Below are positions 17,594-29,007 of a stretch of 64,000 nt of DNA, one piece after another (the stretch's first letter is position 1; each line of letters starts with the position of its first letter). The DNA is from a virus (taxonomy: Duplodnaviria; Caudoviricetes). The translations under genes were made by a program, and so were the position numbers. The notes beneath the pieces were generated by a model. That model did not search any database. It was given only the letters and a program-made list of their open reading frames with translations, and was not told the origin of the DNA. The DNA lies in IMG/VR virus record IMGVR_UViG_3300020036_009452, positions 1-64,000 of that record, one strand, 5' to 3'.

Positions 17594-19397
17594 AGATTGA
17601 GAGGGGCCAATTGCCCTTGATACAGAGACTTCTGGAGGATTGAACAATATCCTTGACAGAAAAGTCATTCTATTACAGTTTGGAAACGCAGAAACACAAT
17701 ACTTGGTAGATACAAGACACAAAGACCCAACAAGGCTTTTGCAGGTTCTGGCGGATAAAATCATTATCGGCCACAATTTGAAATTTGACTACCAAGTCAT
17801 AAAGGACAATTACGGGGTAGAACTTGTACGTGTTTTCGACACAATGCTCGCTACTCAGATTCTTGAGTGTGGAAAGAGTCCTCTATCTAAAAAAGGTTGG
17901 TTTGGTCTTGAGGGTGTGTGCAATCGCTATTTAGATGTACATCTTTATGGAGCACAAGGAACACTGTTTAGACCCCCTATAACGAAAGAAATCCGTAAAT
18001 CCTTCCTAAATGTAGGAAACGATCCCTTCTCTATTTCTCAGTTATTATATGCTGCACTAGACGTGGAAGCCGTTTTTCGGCTCTACAAACCGTTACGACT
18101 TAAGTTAGCTTCTTCCGAACTAGAAGCAACGAACTCCCTAGAGGGAGAATTCATGTTCGTACTAGCAGATATGGAATTGGCGGGTATTTGGTTAAACCAA
18201 ACTCAATGGCTGGCTAACTATAGGGAGACTTTGCGGACAACGGAAACTCTCCGTAACGAACTCTTCGCAGTCCATGCAATAAATTGGGATAGCTGGCAAC
18301 AGGTTCTCCCCGTAATGAAGTCCTATAATGTTGACGTGTCAATCATAGATAAGGAAACTGGGGATATAAAGGAATCTGTTTCCAGGCAGGTACTGCAAAA
18401 ACAGGTTGGGGTCAATCCTATTCTGAGCACGTATCTTACCTACAAACAATTCAAAAAGGAAACTTCAACGTATGGTGAAGGATTCCTAAAGTATGTAAAC
18501 CCAATTTCTGGACGGGTGCACAGCTCATTTATGCAAATTATGCGTACTGGCCGCACATCGTCCACTAATCCAAACATCCAGAATATCAAAAGAGGAGCGG
18601 TATACCGTTCGGCTTTCCAAGCTGATGAGGGAGACGTATTTGTAGCTGCCGATTTTTCCAATATTGAGGCTAGAATTCTGGCGGATAAATGTGGAGATCC
18701 AGCTTTCAGAGCGGCTTTTGAAAATGACGGAGATTATCACCTGGCCACCGCTAGAATAGCTTTTGATAATCCGCTCCTTACAAAGGATTCAGAGGAGCGT
18801 TCATTAGCGAAGAACATAAACTTCTCAATTGCCTATGGAGGAGGAGCTGGTACATTATACGAAAAATACCGCGTGCCCTTAAGAAGAGGTAGAGAATTGA
18901 TCGATAGGGTATATAAGGGTTTTCCCAAGTTGAGAGAGTACTTCGACAAACAAGGGGCATTCGCTAAGGAGCATGGTTATGTGATAGCTAATGAAATTAC
19001 AAAGCGTCGAAGCTATATCCCCTTCTTTGAAGAATATAAAAATTATAAAGCACACATTGAGTATTTTCGTGCTAGAGGCTGAGACCCACACCCACACATT
19101 GTGGCAAAGTTTCGCGTTATGGACGGGAAGATTCAAAGGTGGGCACAAAATATTCCTATTCAAGCTACCGCCGCAGATGTTGCCAAGCAAGCTGGTATTA
19201 ACTTGAGGCATCGTTCAAAAAAGATTGGGTTTCTACTTGTTCTATTTGTACACGATGAGTATGTGTTGCAATGTGCTGATTGGAAGAAAAAAGCAACCAG
19301 TTTGGCTCTAGAAAGATCTTGCGCGGAAGCTGTGGATAAATTTCTAACCATAAAGGTCCCCGCGGAGGCCTCTATTTCTCCGCACTGATCGAAATAA
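17505..19397 (+). CDS. polA: Family A DNA polymerase with 3'-5' exonuclease (630 aa, 3 TGA=Trp)
   Basis: IALDTET, GHNLKFD, YAALDV, TGRTSS.PNIQNI, DFSNIEARILA, AKNINFSIAYGG, NIPIQATAAD, VHDE; TGA at 17598, 19080, 19386; C-terminus ISPH(W)SK-TAA directly abuts the next ATG. Confidence 0.95.
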
Positions 19398-20495
19398 ATG
19401 TCGATAGAAGCAACAGTTCTTTATCTCCTAGCTTTAGCCCTGCTAGGTGTTGTGGCGTATTTTGGCTACAAAAAGGCTATGAAAGACCCAGAAAATGCAG
19501 GCCTTGAGCCCGGTGTAGTTCTGGTGAAGTCTTTCATCAAGTATTCATTAACTTACTTTATCGTATTTCAGGCTTCCGCTATGTTGGCAGAAGCAGCTTT
19601 ACTTGGGTCTGTACAGGAGAAAAACATGAACGTAGCTGCTAGAATGGGCAGTCACATGGCAATGGCACTTGTTGGTGCTTTTGCTGCATTTGCAATGACA
19701 AAGTATTTTGGTAGTTTTATTTCAGTTCTTATTACAAGACGGTCACCGGGCGTATGGTTAGGTTTGGTGACTTCATCTCTTTGTCTGAGTGTGGTGAGTT
19801 TGGCTTTAACAGTCGGTTCGCCTATTTACAACCTGTTCGCTATGGCAAATTCCTTACACCAAGGAGCTGAATTAGAAACTTGGTGGGCAAGCATAGCCCG
19901 CAGCCAAAAGTACTATGAGTATGTTCTAGCGGTAAATAACTTTCCGCCCGACTATGCGCCATTCGATAGTCTACACTCAGGTGTCGTAACATCTATAGGC
20001 TTAACAGCCTTCCACCTACTTCTCACTCTCTGGGAGATACTGACGGTTCTTATGATTAGCCTGACGAATCAGAGTATCAATCATGCTATCCTAGGTAATC
20101 TCTTCGACCTTGTACCTCCTGCGCAAGCAGATAAAGATAAGGATAAAGGTGGAAAAGATAAGGACAAGGACAAGGACAAAGACAAGGATAAGGATAAAGA
20201 TAAGGATGCGAAGAAAGCATCTGATCTCTTGCAGAAAATGTTACTGTTTGCTGGTCTCAGTGAAGAGCATGCTAAACAGTTCAGCGATAAGCTGCTACCG
20301 TATATTCACGACAGGGATTATAGCGCTGCACAAACTAAACGCTTAGCCGAAGCGATGGATTTGATGCATCGTATGGAGCTTCCCACAGCGAAAAACGAGG
20401 CCACCAAGAAGAAGTTGCGCGAAGAATTGGCTGAGAAGGTTCTAACCTGGACCGATAAGGCCTATACCCTGCCTGGGCCATCAAAAAAGGCGTAG
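19398..20495 (+). CDS. Multi-pass membrane protein with Asp-Lys repeat
   Basis: About five hydrophobic helices, then a (DK)n tract. Confidence 0.75.
   Translation: MSIEATVLYLLALALLGVVAYFGYKKAMKDPENAGLEPGVVLVKSFIKYSLTYFIVFQASAMLAEAALLGSVQEKNMNVAARMGSHMAMALVGAFAAFAMTKYFGSFISVLITRRSPGVWLGLVTSSLCLSVVSLALTVGSPIYNLFAMANSLHQGAELETWWASIARSQKYYEYVLAVNNFPPDYAPFDSLHSGVVTSIGLTAFHLLLTLWEILTVLMISLTNQSINHAILGNLFDLVPPAQADKDKDKGGKDKDKDKDKDKDKDKDKDAKKASDLLQKMLLFAGLSEEHAKQFSDKLLPYIHDRDYSAAQTKRLAEAMDLMHRMELPTAKNEATKKKLREELAEKVLTWTDKAYTLPGPSKKA
20130..20207 (+). repeat. (DK)n low-complexity coding repeat
   Basis: GAT/GAC-AAA/AAG codon repeats with synonymous variation. Confidence 0.85.
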
Positions 20496-20527
20496 GCTGG
20501 GAAGGATTAAGTTGTGAGTGGTGTGGA

Positions 20528-21205
20528 TTGACCGAAAACGTCGAATTGATCCACACCTACTCACGGCCCCCTTGGTTGCAAGGACACAAGAATCATTGTC
20601 GAACTTGTGGAGAGTTAAAATGGCTCGGCCAAGTAGACAGGGGAGAAATGATCTGTGAGACTTGTTATCAACTCAAGTACGAGAAAGGTGTGCGGTTAAT
20701 GTATGCCTGTAAGGGGTGCATAAAACACATTCCTCTCAGCCTCTGTTGTAGTGAATGCGAAAAGACAGTTACTGCATATTCTTCTGGTACTCTCCTTTGT
20801 GAAGATTGTGAGCTAAAACAGCGATTTACTATTGTTTCAACAAAAGTCACAAATTGTGTCTCTTGTGGAACATTAGACCATGTAAACGCAGAGGGAATTT
20901 GTGTAAACTGTTACATTAGTAAGAATAAACCAAAGCGGTGTCGAGGGTGTTCTAAACCGACAATCCTTGGGACAGCTTATTGTGACGAGTGTATAACACT
21001 CAGGAGAGAAGCCACAGGAAATACTGCTAAACGCAAACAATGTTTTGGGTGCAGTGCAGACTTTTTCCCTGGTTCAACACGTGAGACGTTCTGCTACACA
21101 TGCAGACGAAATTTAGAATTAGGGATATGCACCAATTGTAGTATTGAAACTGCTACGCAGGATCAACACGGTTGGTGTGCAAAATGTGCGTCTAATGAAC
21201 GATAA
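20528..21205 (+). CDS. Cys-rich multi zinc-ribbon protein
   Basis: More than 12 CxxC pairs in 225 aa; TTG start uncertain. Confidence 0.7.
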   Translation: MTENVELIHTYSRPPWLQGHKNHCRTCGELKWLGQVDRGEMICETCYQLKYEKGVRLMYACKGCIKHIPLSLCCSECEKTVTAYSSGTLLCEDCELKQRFTIVSTKVTNCVSCGTLDHVNAEGICVNCYISKNKPKRCRGCSKPTILGTAYCDECITLRREATGNTAKRKQCFGCSADFFPGSTRETFCYTCRRNLELGICTNCSIETATQDQHGWCAKCASNER

Positions 21206-22388
21206 GAGAACCGAAATGCAAGAGGAGGCTCTCAATGCTTGGCTTAGCGCCGGCAAATGAGGGACCATCCTGATTTATACAGGAGGAGGCAAGACACGGT
21301 GCGGGGTAGCCGCCTACAAGGAAATGGGAACTCCCAAAACTCTTGTGGTTACCCCCCGTGTGCCCATCCTTAATCAGTGAAAGGAAGTATTAGGTGTTGC
21401 GCCTAATATTACGTACATGTGCCTGAAAAGTGCGTATCTACATGCTGGAGATTATGATCTAGTTATTGTGGATGAAGTGCACAGAGCCTTATCTAAGGAG
21501 TATAGGCGCATGTTTAGGAGTGTTACAACAAAGGCCTTAATGTGCCTAACAGCAACACTCCCAGAGAACGAGGAATACGTAACGTTTCTAAATTCCATCG
21601 CTCCAGTTGTTTATGAAAAGAACCTAGTTGAGGCTATGGAAACAGGCATGGCCCCAAAGGTTACTATATATAATTTACCAGTTCCATTGAGTCGAGAGAT
21701 CGCTGGTAAATACAAAGTTTTTGATGGAAAATTTACCCAAAATCTGATAAAGCTTACACGCTTTAGAGCAGAGCGCCCAGAACTTCGGGTGTACAGTTCA
21801 GTCTTTGATTTAGCCCAAGCTGCTACGAAACGTCCTTTTGATAAGGAAGTTCAAGCCGCATGCACGGGCTATTGGAGCAGCATGACATTACGTAAGTACT
21901 TAGTTTATTCTAATCCAGCCAAGATAAAATTCATAGCTGATATTATAAATAAGTATGATAGTAGTTACAAATGAATTGTATTTACAAAAACGACAGATTT
22001 TGCGACAAAAATTGCGAAACATCTACCTAATAGTGCGGTTTATCATTCAAAGCAGCGCAAGGACGAAAGAGAACAAACCCTTATAGATTTTGAAAAAGGG
22101 AAGTTTCGCATTCTTGTTGCTGTAGACGCACTAAATGAAGGTTTAAATATATCAAGAGTTTTCGGAGCCATTTGTGCTTCGGGGGTTTCAACAGCTTTAA
22201 CCAATTTTCAACAATTGGGTAGGATTAATCGTCCAGAAGAGGGCAAGAGACCTATATTCTTCAACTTGTACACAGAAAATACTGTGGAACGAGCTTGGAT
22301 TGATAAAAAATTAAAAAATCTAGACTCAACATGGCTAAAAACTTTGGCCGATTTAAACCTACCTCCGCTCGCCTTGCACAGTATCTAA
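21195..22388 (+). CDS. Superfamily 2 DEAD/DEAH-box helicase (397 aa, 3 TGA=Trp)
   Basis: QEEALNAW, TGGGKT, LNQ(W), IVDEVH, LTAT, K(W)IVFT, LNEGLNI, QQLGRINR; TGA at 21258, 21378, 21972. Confidence 0.92.
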
Positions 22389-23512
22389 GGCTGCATGGAG
22401 CGTTGTTACCATCGGACGCTGACTCTTTTAAACAGGGTGCCATGTATGAGGACCATTGTGTCTTTTGTCGTAGCGCCCACGATCACAACTATGTCTTCAT
22501 AATGTCAAGTACCGGAGGCAACACAGAGCCTGTGCGCGTTGAAGGACTATATAGTTGTGACGCTTGTGATAATCAGATACAAGCTCAACTGTACACGCGG
22601 CCACATCAAGGCGCTCAAGATCTTTTTGGAGAGATTGATGCTTTCATTTATGAAGGGCGTTTCCCAGCTCTTACTCATTTACACTACGAACATCTTGATC
22701 CAACGGTAGAAACCAGTCCGCCCCAACACATTAGATGTATTTTCTGCAAGGGACCGACCCGCGACGCAACAGATCCATATGTTGATTTATCTAACACAAA
22801 GCCTTTCTACGAAACTATTGAAGTTCCAATGGGATGCCATCCAGAAGGATTAGATGGGGGAAAGGTCAGGGTCTGCTTAGCCTGCGTAACAAAAATTAGT
22901 AATTCTAATGGGTTTAAGACTCTGGATGAGCATTTGGATTCTTTTTGCACATATACAGAGTGCGCCAGATGTGGTGCAAGCTACCGCATAATCCATCCAG
23001 AAATTGATATGCGCGTGGCCGAAGGATCGGTAGATCAGCATATGTGTGGGCCCTGTACTTACAATCATCTGGTAAGCTCAGAAGTTGTTACTTACGCAGG
23101 ACTAACACTCAGTGACATTTATAAAGGATGCCGAGTATTTGATGACCGCTCTAGAACCTACTGGGAAGAAAATATAACCATAAAAAGGTTTAGCGAGCAA
23201 CACTGTGCTTTTTGTAAGGAAGAAATTATTATTGATATCACGATCCTTCCAGAGTACATAGTAGATAAGTTCCTAACCCCAGGTGGTGATTTTATATGTG
23301 GATTATGCGGCAGACGCTCTGTCCCGCCTTATCTTGTAATTTCCCAAGGGAGTTACAAGATTCGAGTCTACATAGAAAAAAGTGACAAGATGAGCTTAAT
23401 AACTTGGGGGCCAAATGATCGCTTAATAAGTGAGCAATTGAATCTCTCCAGTGATGCAGCCGCAAAACAATTACTAAACCTTCTCCCTGAACCGGGGTTA
23501 TTCAATGGGTAA
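22331..23512 (+). CDS. Cys-rich multi zinc-finger protein (393 aa)
   Basis: About eight CxxC pairs. Confidence 0.7.
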   Translation: MAKNFGRFKPTSARLAQYLRLHGALLPSDADSFKQGAMYEDHCVFCRSAHDHNYVFIMSSTGGNTEPVRVEGLYSCDACDNQIQAQLYTRPHQGAQDLFGEIDAFIYEGRFPALTHLHYEHLDPTVETSPPQHIRCIFCKGPTRDATDPYVDLSNTKPFYETIEVPMGCHPEGLDGGKVRVCLACVTKISNSNGFKTLDEHLDSFCTYTECARCGASYRIIHPEIDMRVAEGSVDQHMCGPCTYNHLVSSEVVTYAGLTLSDIYKGCRVFDDRSRTYWEENITIKRFSEQHCAFCKEEIIIDITILPEYIVDKFLTPGGDFICGLCGRRSVPPYLVISQGSYKIRVYIEKSDKMSLITWGPNDRLISEQLNLSSDAAAKQLLNLLPEPGLFNG

Positions 23513-23744
23513 AATACTATTTTCTGTGCATTTTAAGGAAGGAGACTTTCATGCAATAGTGACTGTGATTACACTCCCAAATGAGCGATTTGTACTTTAT
23601 TACAAATTAATGCAGGATGGGCATGTTCTCGAAAGAACTACCGTAAGAATTGATGCTTCTGAGATACCAACTGTTTTACGCCAAAGATATGCACATTTTC
23701 TAAAACACGCAAACTGGGAATCTGATGCCAACAGAGAACTCTAA
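23505..23744 (+). CDS. Hypothetical protein (79 aa)
   Basis: Overlapping operon-like arrangement. Confidence 0.6.
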   Translation: MGKILFSVHFKEGDFHAIVTVITLPNERFVLYYKLMQDGHVLERTTVRIDASEIPTVLRQRYAHFLKHANWESDANREL

Positions 23745-23979
23745 ACGATTTATATGCGAAATACACATAGCCTCTCAAAACAGAGGAGTGGGTAAATTAT
23801 CGCTTTTTCGTACCCGGAAGCGTAAAGGTGAAACAGTCCAACGTTTTGGCGCGCATATTCGAGCTCAAACATCAGGAGGCACTTTTCATAAGCGGCATTC
23901 TTTTGGTCCTTTTGATACGGTGTTTGAAGTTCTTTCCTCCGCTCTACTCTTCTGGCACTCTAATCCTCGAGCTAAATAA
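23725..23979 (+). CDS. Hypothetical protein (84 aa)
   Basis: Overlapping operon-like arrangement. Confidence 0.55.
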   Translation: MPTENSKRFICEIHIASQNRGVGKLSLFRTRKRKGETVQRFGAHIRAQTSGGTFHKRHSFGPFDTVFEVLSSALLFWHSNPRAK

Positions 23980-23980
23980 T

Positions 23981-24241
23981 ATGTTAGAATTAATTTACCT
24001 AGGTTACGAGAAACCATGGCCGGGAGAGCCGGCAGGGGATAAGCAAATTCGCCTTATTCTCGCCGTACATCTCCAAACTGGAGAAGAACCCTTCCATGCA
24101 GTACTTACTGAGCAAGGAGGAGAAGTGCATGATTCATCTGAGATAGTAGAACAGCAAAAATCCTACAGTCTGGTCCTACTTTTAAAGAATATGATTCGGT
24201 TTATATACCGAAATTATCAAAATGTTGAATTAGTGCGATGA
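23981..24241 (+). CDS. Hypothetical protein (86 aa); TGA end ambiguous
   Basis: ATG 23981 after TAA; ends in an ATGA overlap inside the recoded block. Confidence 0.55.
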   Translation: MLELIYLGYEKPWPGEPAGDKQIRLILAVHLQTGEEPFHAVLTEQGGEVHDSSEIVEQQKSYSLVLLLKNMIRFIYRNYQNVELVR

Positions 24242-24744
24242 AGTATAAAGTCCTCCTTAGCCTACCCCACAACTATACAAAACTGTCGTTTTGGAAAGAC
24301 CCTGTACGTAATCTCTATTTCTTCGAGATACACTACATGCGTGGTGGCACCTCCTTTTTGCTAATACGTTCAATCACGTACGAAGATTATTATCATTGTC
24401 TGTGGGATGGAACGTCTGTAGTAGCTGACGTGGAAGACAAATTCACAAATGTCTCCCTTGCACCCCAATTTGCAGTGCATCCGCCTACTTACTCTAAACA
24501 TGTATTAAACTATGTCTCAGTTACCATTAACTCTCAGTATTTTCAAGCACTTGAATACAGAACAGATATCTCTAGACTTGTACGCAACTATGTGATTCCT
24601 AAACACGGGGGAGCTGACTTTTCAAGATATTACAAAAAGCTCGATAACAAGCGAAATAATCTCCCGAAATCTTTTGACCGAAGAAATGCAGTTGTCCAGT
24701 GCTGGGCAAATTTTTCTTTCAAATTGCCTGTCCCCCCTTCCTAA
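24238..24744 (+). CDS. Hypothetical protein (168 aa)
   Basis: ORF track; TAA stop. Confidence 0.65.
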   Translation: MKYKVLLSLPHNYTKLSFWKDPVRNLYFFEIHYMRGGTSFLLIRSITYEDYYHCLWDGTSVVADVEDKFTNVSLAPQFAVHPPTYSKHVLNYVSVTINSQYFQALEYRTDISRLVRNYVIPKHGGADFSRYYKKLDNKRNNLPKSFDRRNAVVQCWANFSFKLPVPPS

Positions 24745-25072
24745 CGAAACTATTCCGTACACGGCGGGCTTTGAAGCCTTCTGGAAAACTTTTCCTGCGT
24801 CCGACAAATGAAATAGGTTTGGGGAAACCCGGAAGCTAAGACTCAATAAGAAAGAAACTTTTGCCCAGTATCTAGCAGCCTTAGAAAAAGGAGTAACAGA
24901 ACAGACCTTATTACACGCATTACAGACAGAGGTAAAGAACAAGCGGGAATCTCCCGCATTATCTAATCCTTTTAAATATATGAAGGCTAGTGTTAATTGG
25001 CTTAAAGATGAAGAGTATCTTAATGTATCATATGAAACAGTAGTATTAGAACCAGACAGCGGACTATTATAA
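24686..25072 (+). CDS. Putative replication-initiation/helicase-loader-like protein (1 TGA=Trp), missed by the ORF track
   Basis: FEAFWKTFPASDK(W)NRFGETRKLRLNK...YMKASVNWL; TGA 24809-11; TAATG overlap with dnaB. Confidence 0.65.
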
Positions 25073-26070
25073 TGGAGTATAGACATATTGATTATGGTAT
25101 AGATTCAACTATAGAATATATACGAAAACGAAAAAGCGGGGAAATAAAATCTCTAAAGACTTCATTTAAAAAGCTTAATAACGCTTTAATGGGAGGAATA
25201 GACTGAGGAAGAATAATGACAATAGGCGGGCAATCAGGTTCTGGTAAATCTACAATACTAGAACAATTCAAGAAGGATTTCATAGACTTGAATGACCCAG
25301 ACTTTGAGATCCTATCATTTGAGTTTGAGATGCTAATCGAGGATCAATTATCTAGGTATTTAGCGTCACTAGGTAAGTATACTATTAAGGATATTTACTC
25401 AGCGACTAGTCCTTTAGATGATGCCGCTTTTGAGGAAGTGCAGGAAGCATTGAATAAGAGAAGGGGAGTTCCAGTATACTATGTAGATAATCCTGGTACC
25501 CCATATGAAATAAAAGAGACTATTTTGGAATTTATTCAAAATAGAAAGCTTTTGGAGCGTAACTTAGGGTTGGTAATAACTATCGACCACATTCTTTTAA
25601 CAAAGGGAAGAAGTGGGGAGAATGAGAAAGAAATCATTGACACATTAATGGATGTGTTAAATGAAATCAAAAAATACTGCGCACACATAGGTCTGCGCTG
25701 TCTCATACTGGGATTGAGCCAGTTAAATAGGGATATTGAAAGAATGGAACGAGTTGAGAATCCACTCTATCATTTCCCCAACAGGAACGACTTGTTTGCT
25801 GCTTCGTCTGTTTATCACACTTCCGACTATGTATTAATATCCCATAGACCGGCAACAGTGAATGGAATGAAGCGAATCATAAATGGTGTAGAGAAGGGAT
25901 ATGGACCGCCTAGAACGGAATTCCCGGACGGCTGGCCGCTTGTCTACCCAAAAGATCCAACTCGCGATATGGTGTATTGGCATTTGATAAAAGAGCGGTT
26001 TGGAAAGCCGGGAGTAATTGCCCTAGCAGAGGATTTTAAACATTATAAATTAGAAGAAGTAACAGTTTAA
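25072..26070 (+). CDS. dnaB: DnaB-like replicative helicase (332 aa, 1 TGA=Trp)
   Basis: LMGGID(W)GRIMTIGGQSGSGKST, FEFEM, ITIDH, LSQLNR, IKERFG; TGA 25204-06. Confidence 0.92.
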
Positions 26071-26071
26071 T

Positions 26072-26731
26072 ATGAACTTAGTACAAATTACAGGATTACC
26101 CGCAACAGGGAAAACAACTGGGGCAAGATTCTTGAACCCAGATACTACCTACTATATTGATGCCGATGGAAAAGGCTTGTCTTGAAAGGGGTGGAAAAAC
26201 AGTTATAATGTAGAGAAGAAAAACTATGCAAAAACTGCTGACCCAACCACCATATATAAGGTAGTAAAGGCCGTAAGTGAGACTCGGCCAGACATCAACT
26301 GCATTGTAATTGATACTATCAATGCTATGATGACAACGGAAGAAATGGCAATCCTCGAGTCCCCTTCTAGGGATAAATGGGCGGATTTAGCCGTGGACGT
26401 ATGAAATTTATATAAACTTATCAGGGAAATAAAACGCGATGATTTTGTTGTGTTTGTCTTAGCCCACTGTGAAACGTATGATGTAAATGGTATTACTCAT
26501 TATCGTACGATGGTAAACGGAAAGAAATTGTCTAAAATCAATTTGAATGCTTTTCTTTCTTACAACCTTTACACAAAAGTGGGAGCTGGTCCCGATGGGA
26601 ATTTTTCATATGATCTCATTACTAAAAGTGATGGGACGAATGAAGCCCGTTCAGTGATGGACGTGTTTCCTAATAAAATTGAGAATAATTTAGAAAATGT
26701 GAGAACTGCTGTAATCGCAGCAGAAAATTAA
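26072..26731 (+). CDS. AAA-family ATPase (Sak4-like recombination ATPase; 2 TGA=Trp)
   Basis: GLPATGKTT, GLS(W)KGW, IVIDT, LAVDV(W); TGA at 26183, 26402. Confidence 0.8.
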
Positions 26732-26752
26732 CAGTTTAAAAGCACAGACAGT

Positions 26753-27346
26753 ATGATACAAGCAAAGTTATTTCTGGATAGTGGTACATCAACCGGCGGG
26801 TCTAAGATTCCAGTTGGAATTCACCAAGGCACGGTAGTGTTTAGCGGGTTGACCACAGACCAGAACTGAACTGACATTCTCTTCACCGAACCAACCACGG
26901 GAAGAACAATTCACAAAAGATTATTCGCGCCAACAGGCAATCGACCGAAGGAAGGAGAGACTGTCCTGGACGCAAAGAATAGGGAACAGAGCAATAGGTT
27001 AGGACAATTGTCCAACCTGCTACTAGCCATAGTGGGATCAGAGGTAGTAGAGACTTTTGAAGCCTCAGATTATACAGAGTTTGTGGCGAAAGCCTCGGCA
27101 CTGTTGAACCAGTATAAAAACGTACCGGTTAATTTGAAGGTAGTTCCAGACTACAAGGAGAAAATGTATTCCGATCTCCCCGACTTTGGAAGTTACGTGG
27201 AGAAGCATGAGGTCGGAAGTGAAACACGCCTAAAATTTTCGGCGAAAGAAACTGCGGCAATCTCGGAAATGGAGCAAAATATTGCTACGAAGCTGAAAAG
27301 CGGAGAAGGCGGTATGTCGTCAGAGGATCTTCAATCTTTGGTCTAA
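26753..27346 (+). CDS. Putative ssDNA-binding protein (197 aa, 1 TGA=Trp)
   Basis: Follows the Sak4-like ATPase; acidic C-tail SSEDLQSLV; TGA 26867-69. Confidence 0.55.
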
Positions 27347-27416
27347 CAGATTTAATGGGATTACAAACTCTCCGTAGATAAGGTAATCCTTGCCCGTGGG
27401 GGCGCTATCTTTTCAC

Positions 27417-27450
27417 AGGGGCGGTGGGCTACAATCTACCGCCCCTTTTT
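27417..27450 (+). terminator. Intrinsic terminator
   Basis: AGGGGCGGTGG/CTACCGCCCCT followed by TTTTT. Confidence 0.7.
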
Positions 27451-27459
27451 TATACTCTT

Positions 27460-27729
27460 ATGGTAACACTAGATGAATATGTGGTAACCCCAGGCGCACT
27501 AGATGCTCTCCTAAATGCCGAACCCAATATATTAAACACAATAGGCATTGCATGTTACTCAGCCACTTTCACAAATCCGAAGGGTGAGGTTAATCAAATA
27601 AAGCGAGGATACATAGCCTACAATCCTATTTTTTACTTAGAGGTACGTAGTCAAATAGACTGTTTCCTAATCGCACACTTTAAAGCCCAAAAAGTCTTGT
27701 CTGTCACCATTCACCATGATAAAAGCTAG
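27460..27729 (+). CDS. Hypothetical protein (89 aa)
   Basis: Start moved to ATG 27460, downstream of the hairpin. Confidence 0.6.
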   Translation: MVTLDEYVVTPGALDALLNAEPNILNTIGIACYSATFTNPKGEVNQIKRGYIAYNPIFYLEVRSQIDCFLIAHFKAQKVLSVTIHHDKS

Positions 27730-28678
27730 CGAACACACCGGAACCCTAGATAGAGCTCTAACGATCTCTGCATTTGAGTATTACTTACGTGCAGATGTCC
27801 AGATAGGTGGAAAGACTTATCGTAACCCTCTTAGGGATGACAAGAATCCCAGCTGTGCTTTTTGATTGGGGCAGAATGATTTAATCTTCATAGATTTTGC
27901 GACTGGGAAGCGCTATACGATTGTCGAGTTTGTGAAGACCAAATTTGGGCTTAACTACTCAGATGCCGTTGCGCGCATAAGAAAGGACTCGATTTACTTT
28001 AAGTCCAAAGAAATCCAGGTGTCAGATAAAGAAGCTGTCACTTTCACATTTACAGCCCAGAATATGGCAGAAGCCATGCACTACTGGGACAAGTATAAAA
28101 TCCCACAGAACATCGCAGAGAAATACGCATTCTATGTCAAAAATCTCTACAGGAACGAAGTATTTATTGGGAGAAGTAGCAAAACCAATCCAATTTTTGT
28201 ATACAAGTTCCAAAGTGGGCACATGAAGATCTACCGTCCTCTGAGTCCTGATCGGATGAAGAAATGAGGCGGTAATGCAACCGCTGAGGATATTGGTGGA
28301 TTATTTCAGCTACCCAGGAGAGGCAAGCTGCTGTTCATCACTTCATCTATTAAAGATATAATGGTATTAAAACAACATGGGTTTAATGCTATTTGCTTTA
28401 GCGGAGAAGGAACTGGGACAACCGCTGCAACATTTGAAGTGGTACGTCCATATGTCAAAGGGTTGCAAAAGCGATTTGAGCATGTGGTGTTGTTCCTTGA
28501 TGGGGATGAAGCGGGCATAAATTTTACCCGCATACTATCCCAGAAATTACGCGTGAAATCTATTAATCTAGATGCCAAGTGCAAAGACATCTCGGATTAT
28601 CAAAAAATAAACGGTATATATCGTACCAAAAAAATCATAAAGAAAAAGCTAAGCAAATGTTTCAAGTTTCCCGTTTAA
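27716..28678 (+). CDS. DNA primase, DnaG/TOPRIM type (320 aa, 2 TGA=Trp)
   Basis: NPLRDDKNPSCAF(W), FIDF, KIYRP...K(W)GGN, ITSSIKD, GEG, LFLDGDEAG, CKDISD; TGA at 27863, 28265. Confidence 0.9.
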
Positions 28679-29007
28679 ATGTCATCCTTGCGTGCGTGCT
28701 CTCAGCTCTGCTAGCAATGGCCGCCCCAATCATTGTGCATAAAATAGCACAAAATTTAGAGAACACAATTAACGCATCACAGACGCGTTACAAGATTAAC
28801 ATAACAGAATTCGCCAGTGACAGCACAGTAATGACATTCACTACATACATGCAGACCCTGAATCGCCCCGAAGCTGAGAAAGAATTCAAACGGCAATGCT
28901 TTACAGTTTGCGACGAAGTGGAGTGCCCCGATAGCATAATTTTCACGCTTGTAGCGGAAACACCCACGACATTAAATGTCCTTATGGACTCAACCATCCG
29001 AAAGTAA
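28657..29007 (+). CDS. Membrane-anchored hypothetical protein
   Basis: ATG 28657; N-terminal TM segment; TAATG overlap with ung. Confidence 0.6.
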   Translation: MFQVSRLNVILACVLSALLAMAAPIIVHKIAQNLENTINASQTRYKINITEFASDSTVMTFTTYMQTLNRPEAEKEFKRQCFTVCDEVECPDSIIFTLVAETPTTLNVLMDSTIRK

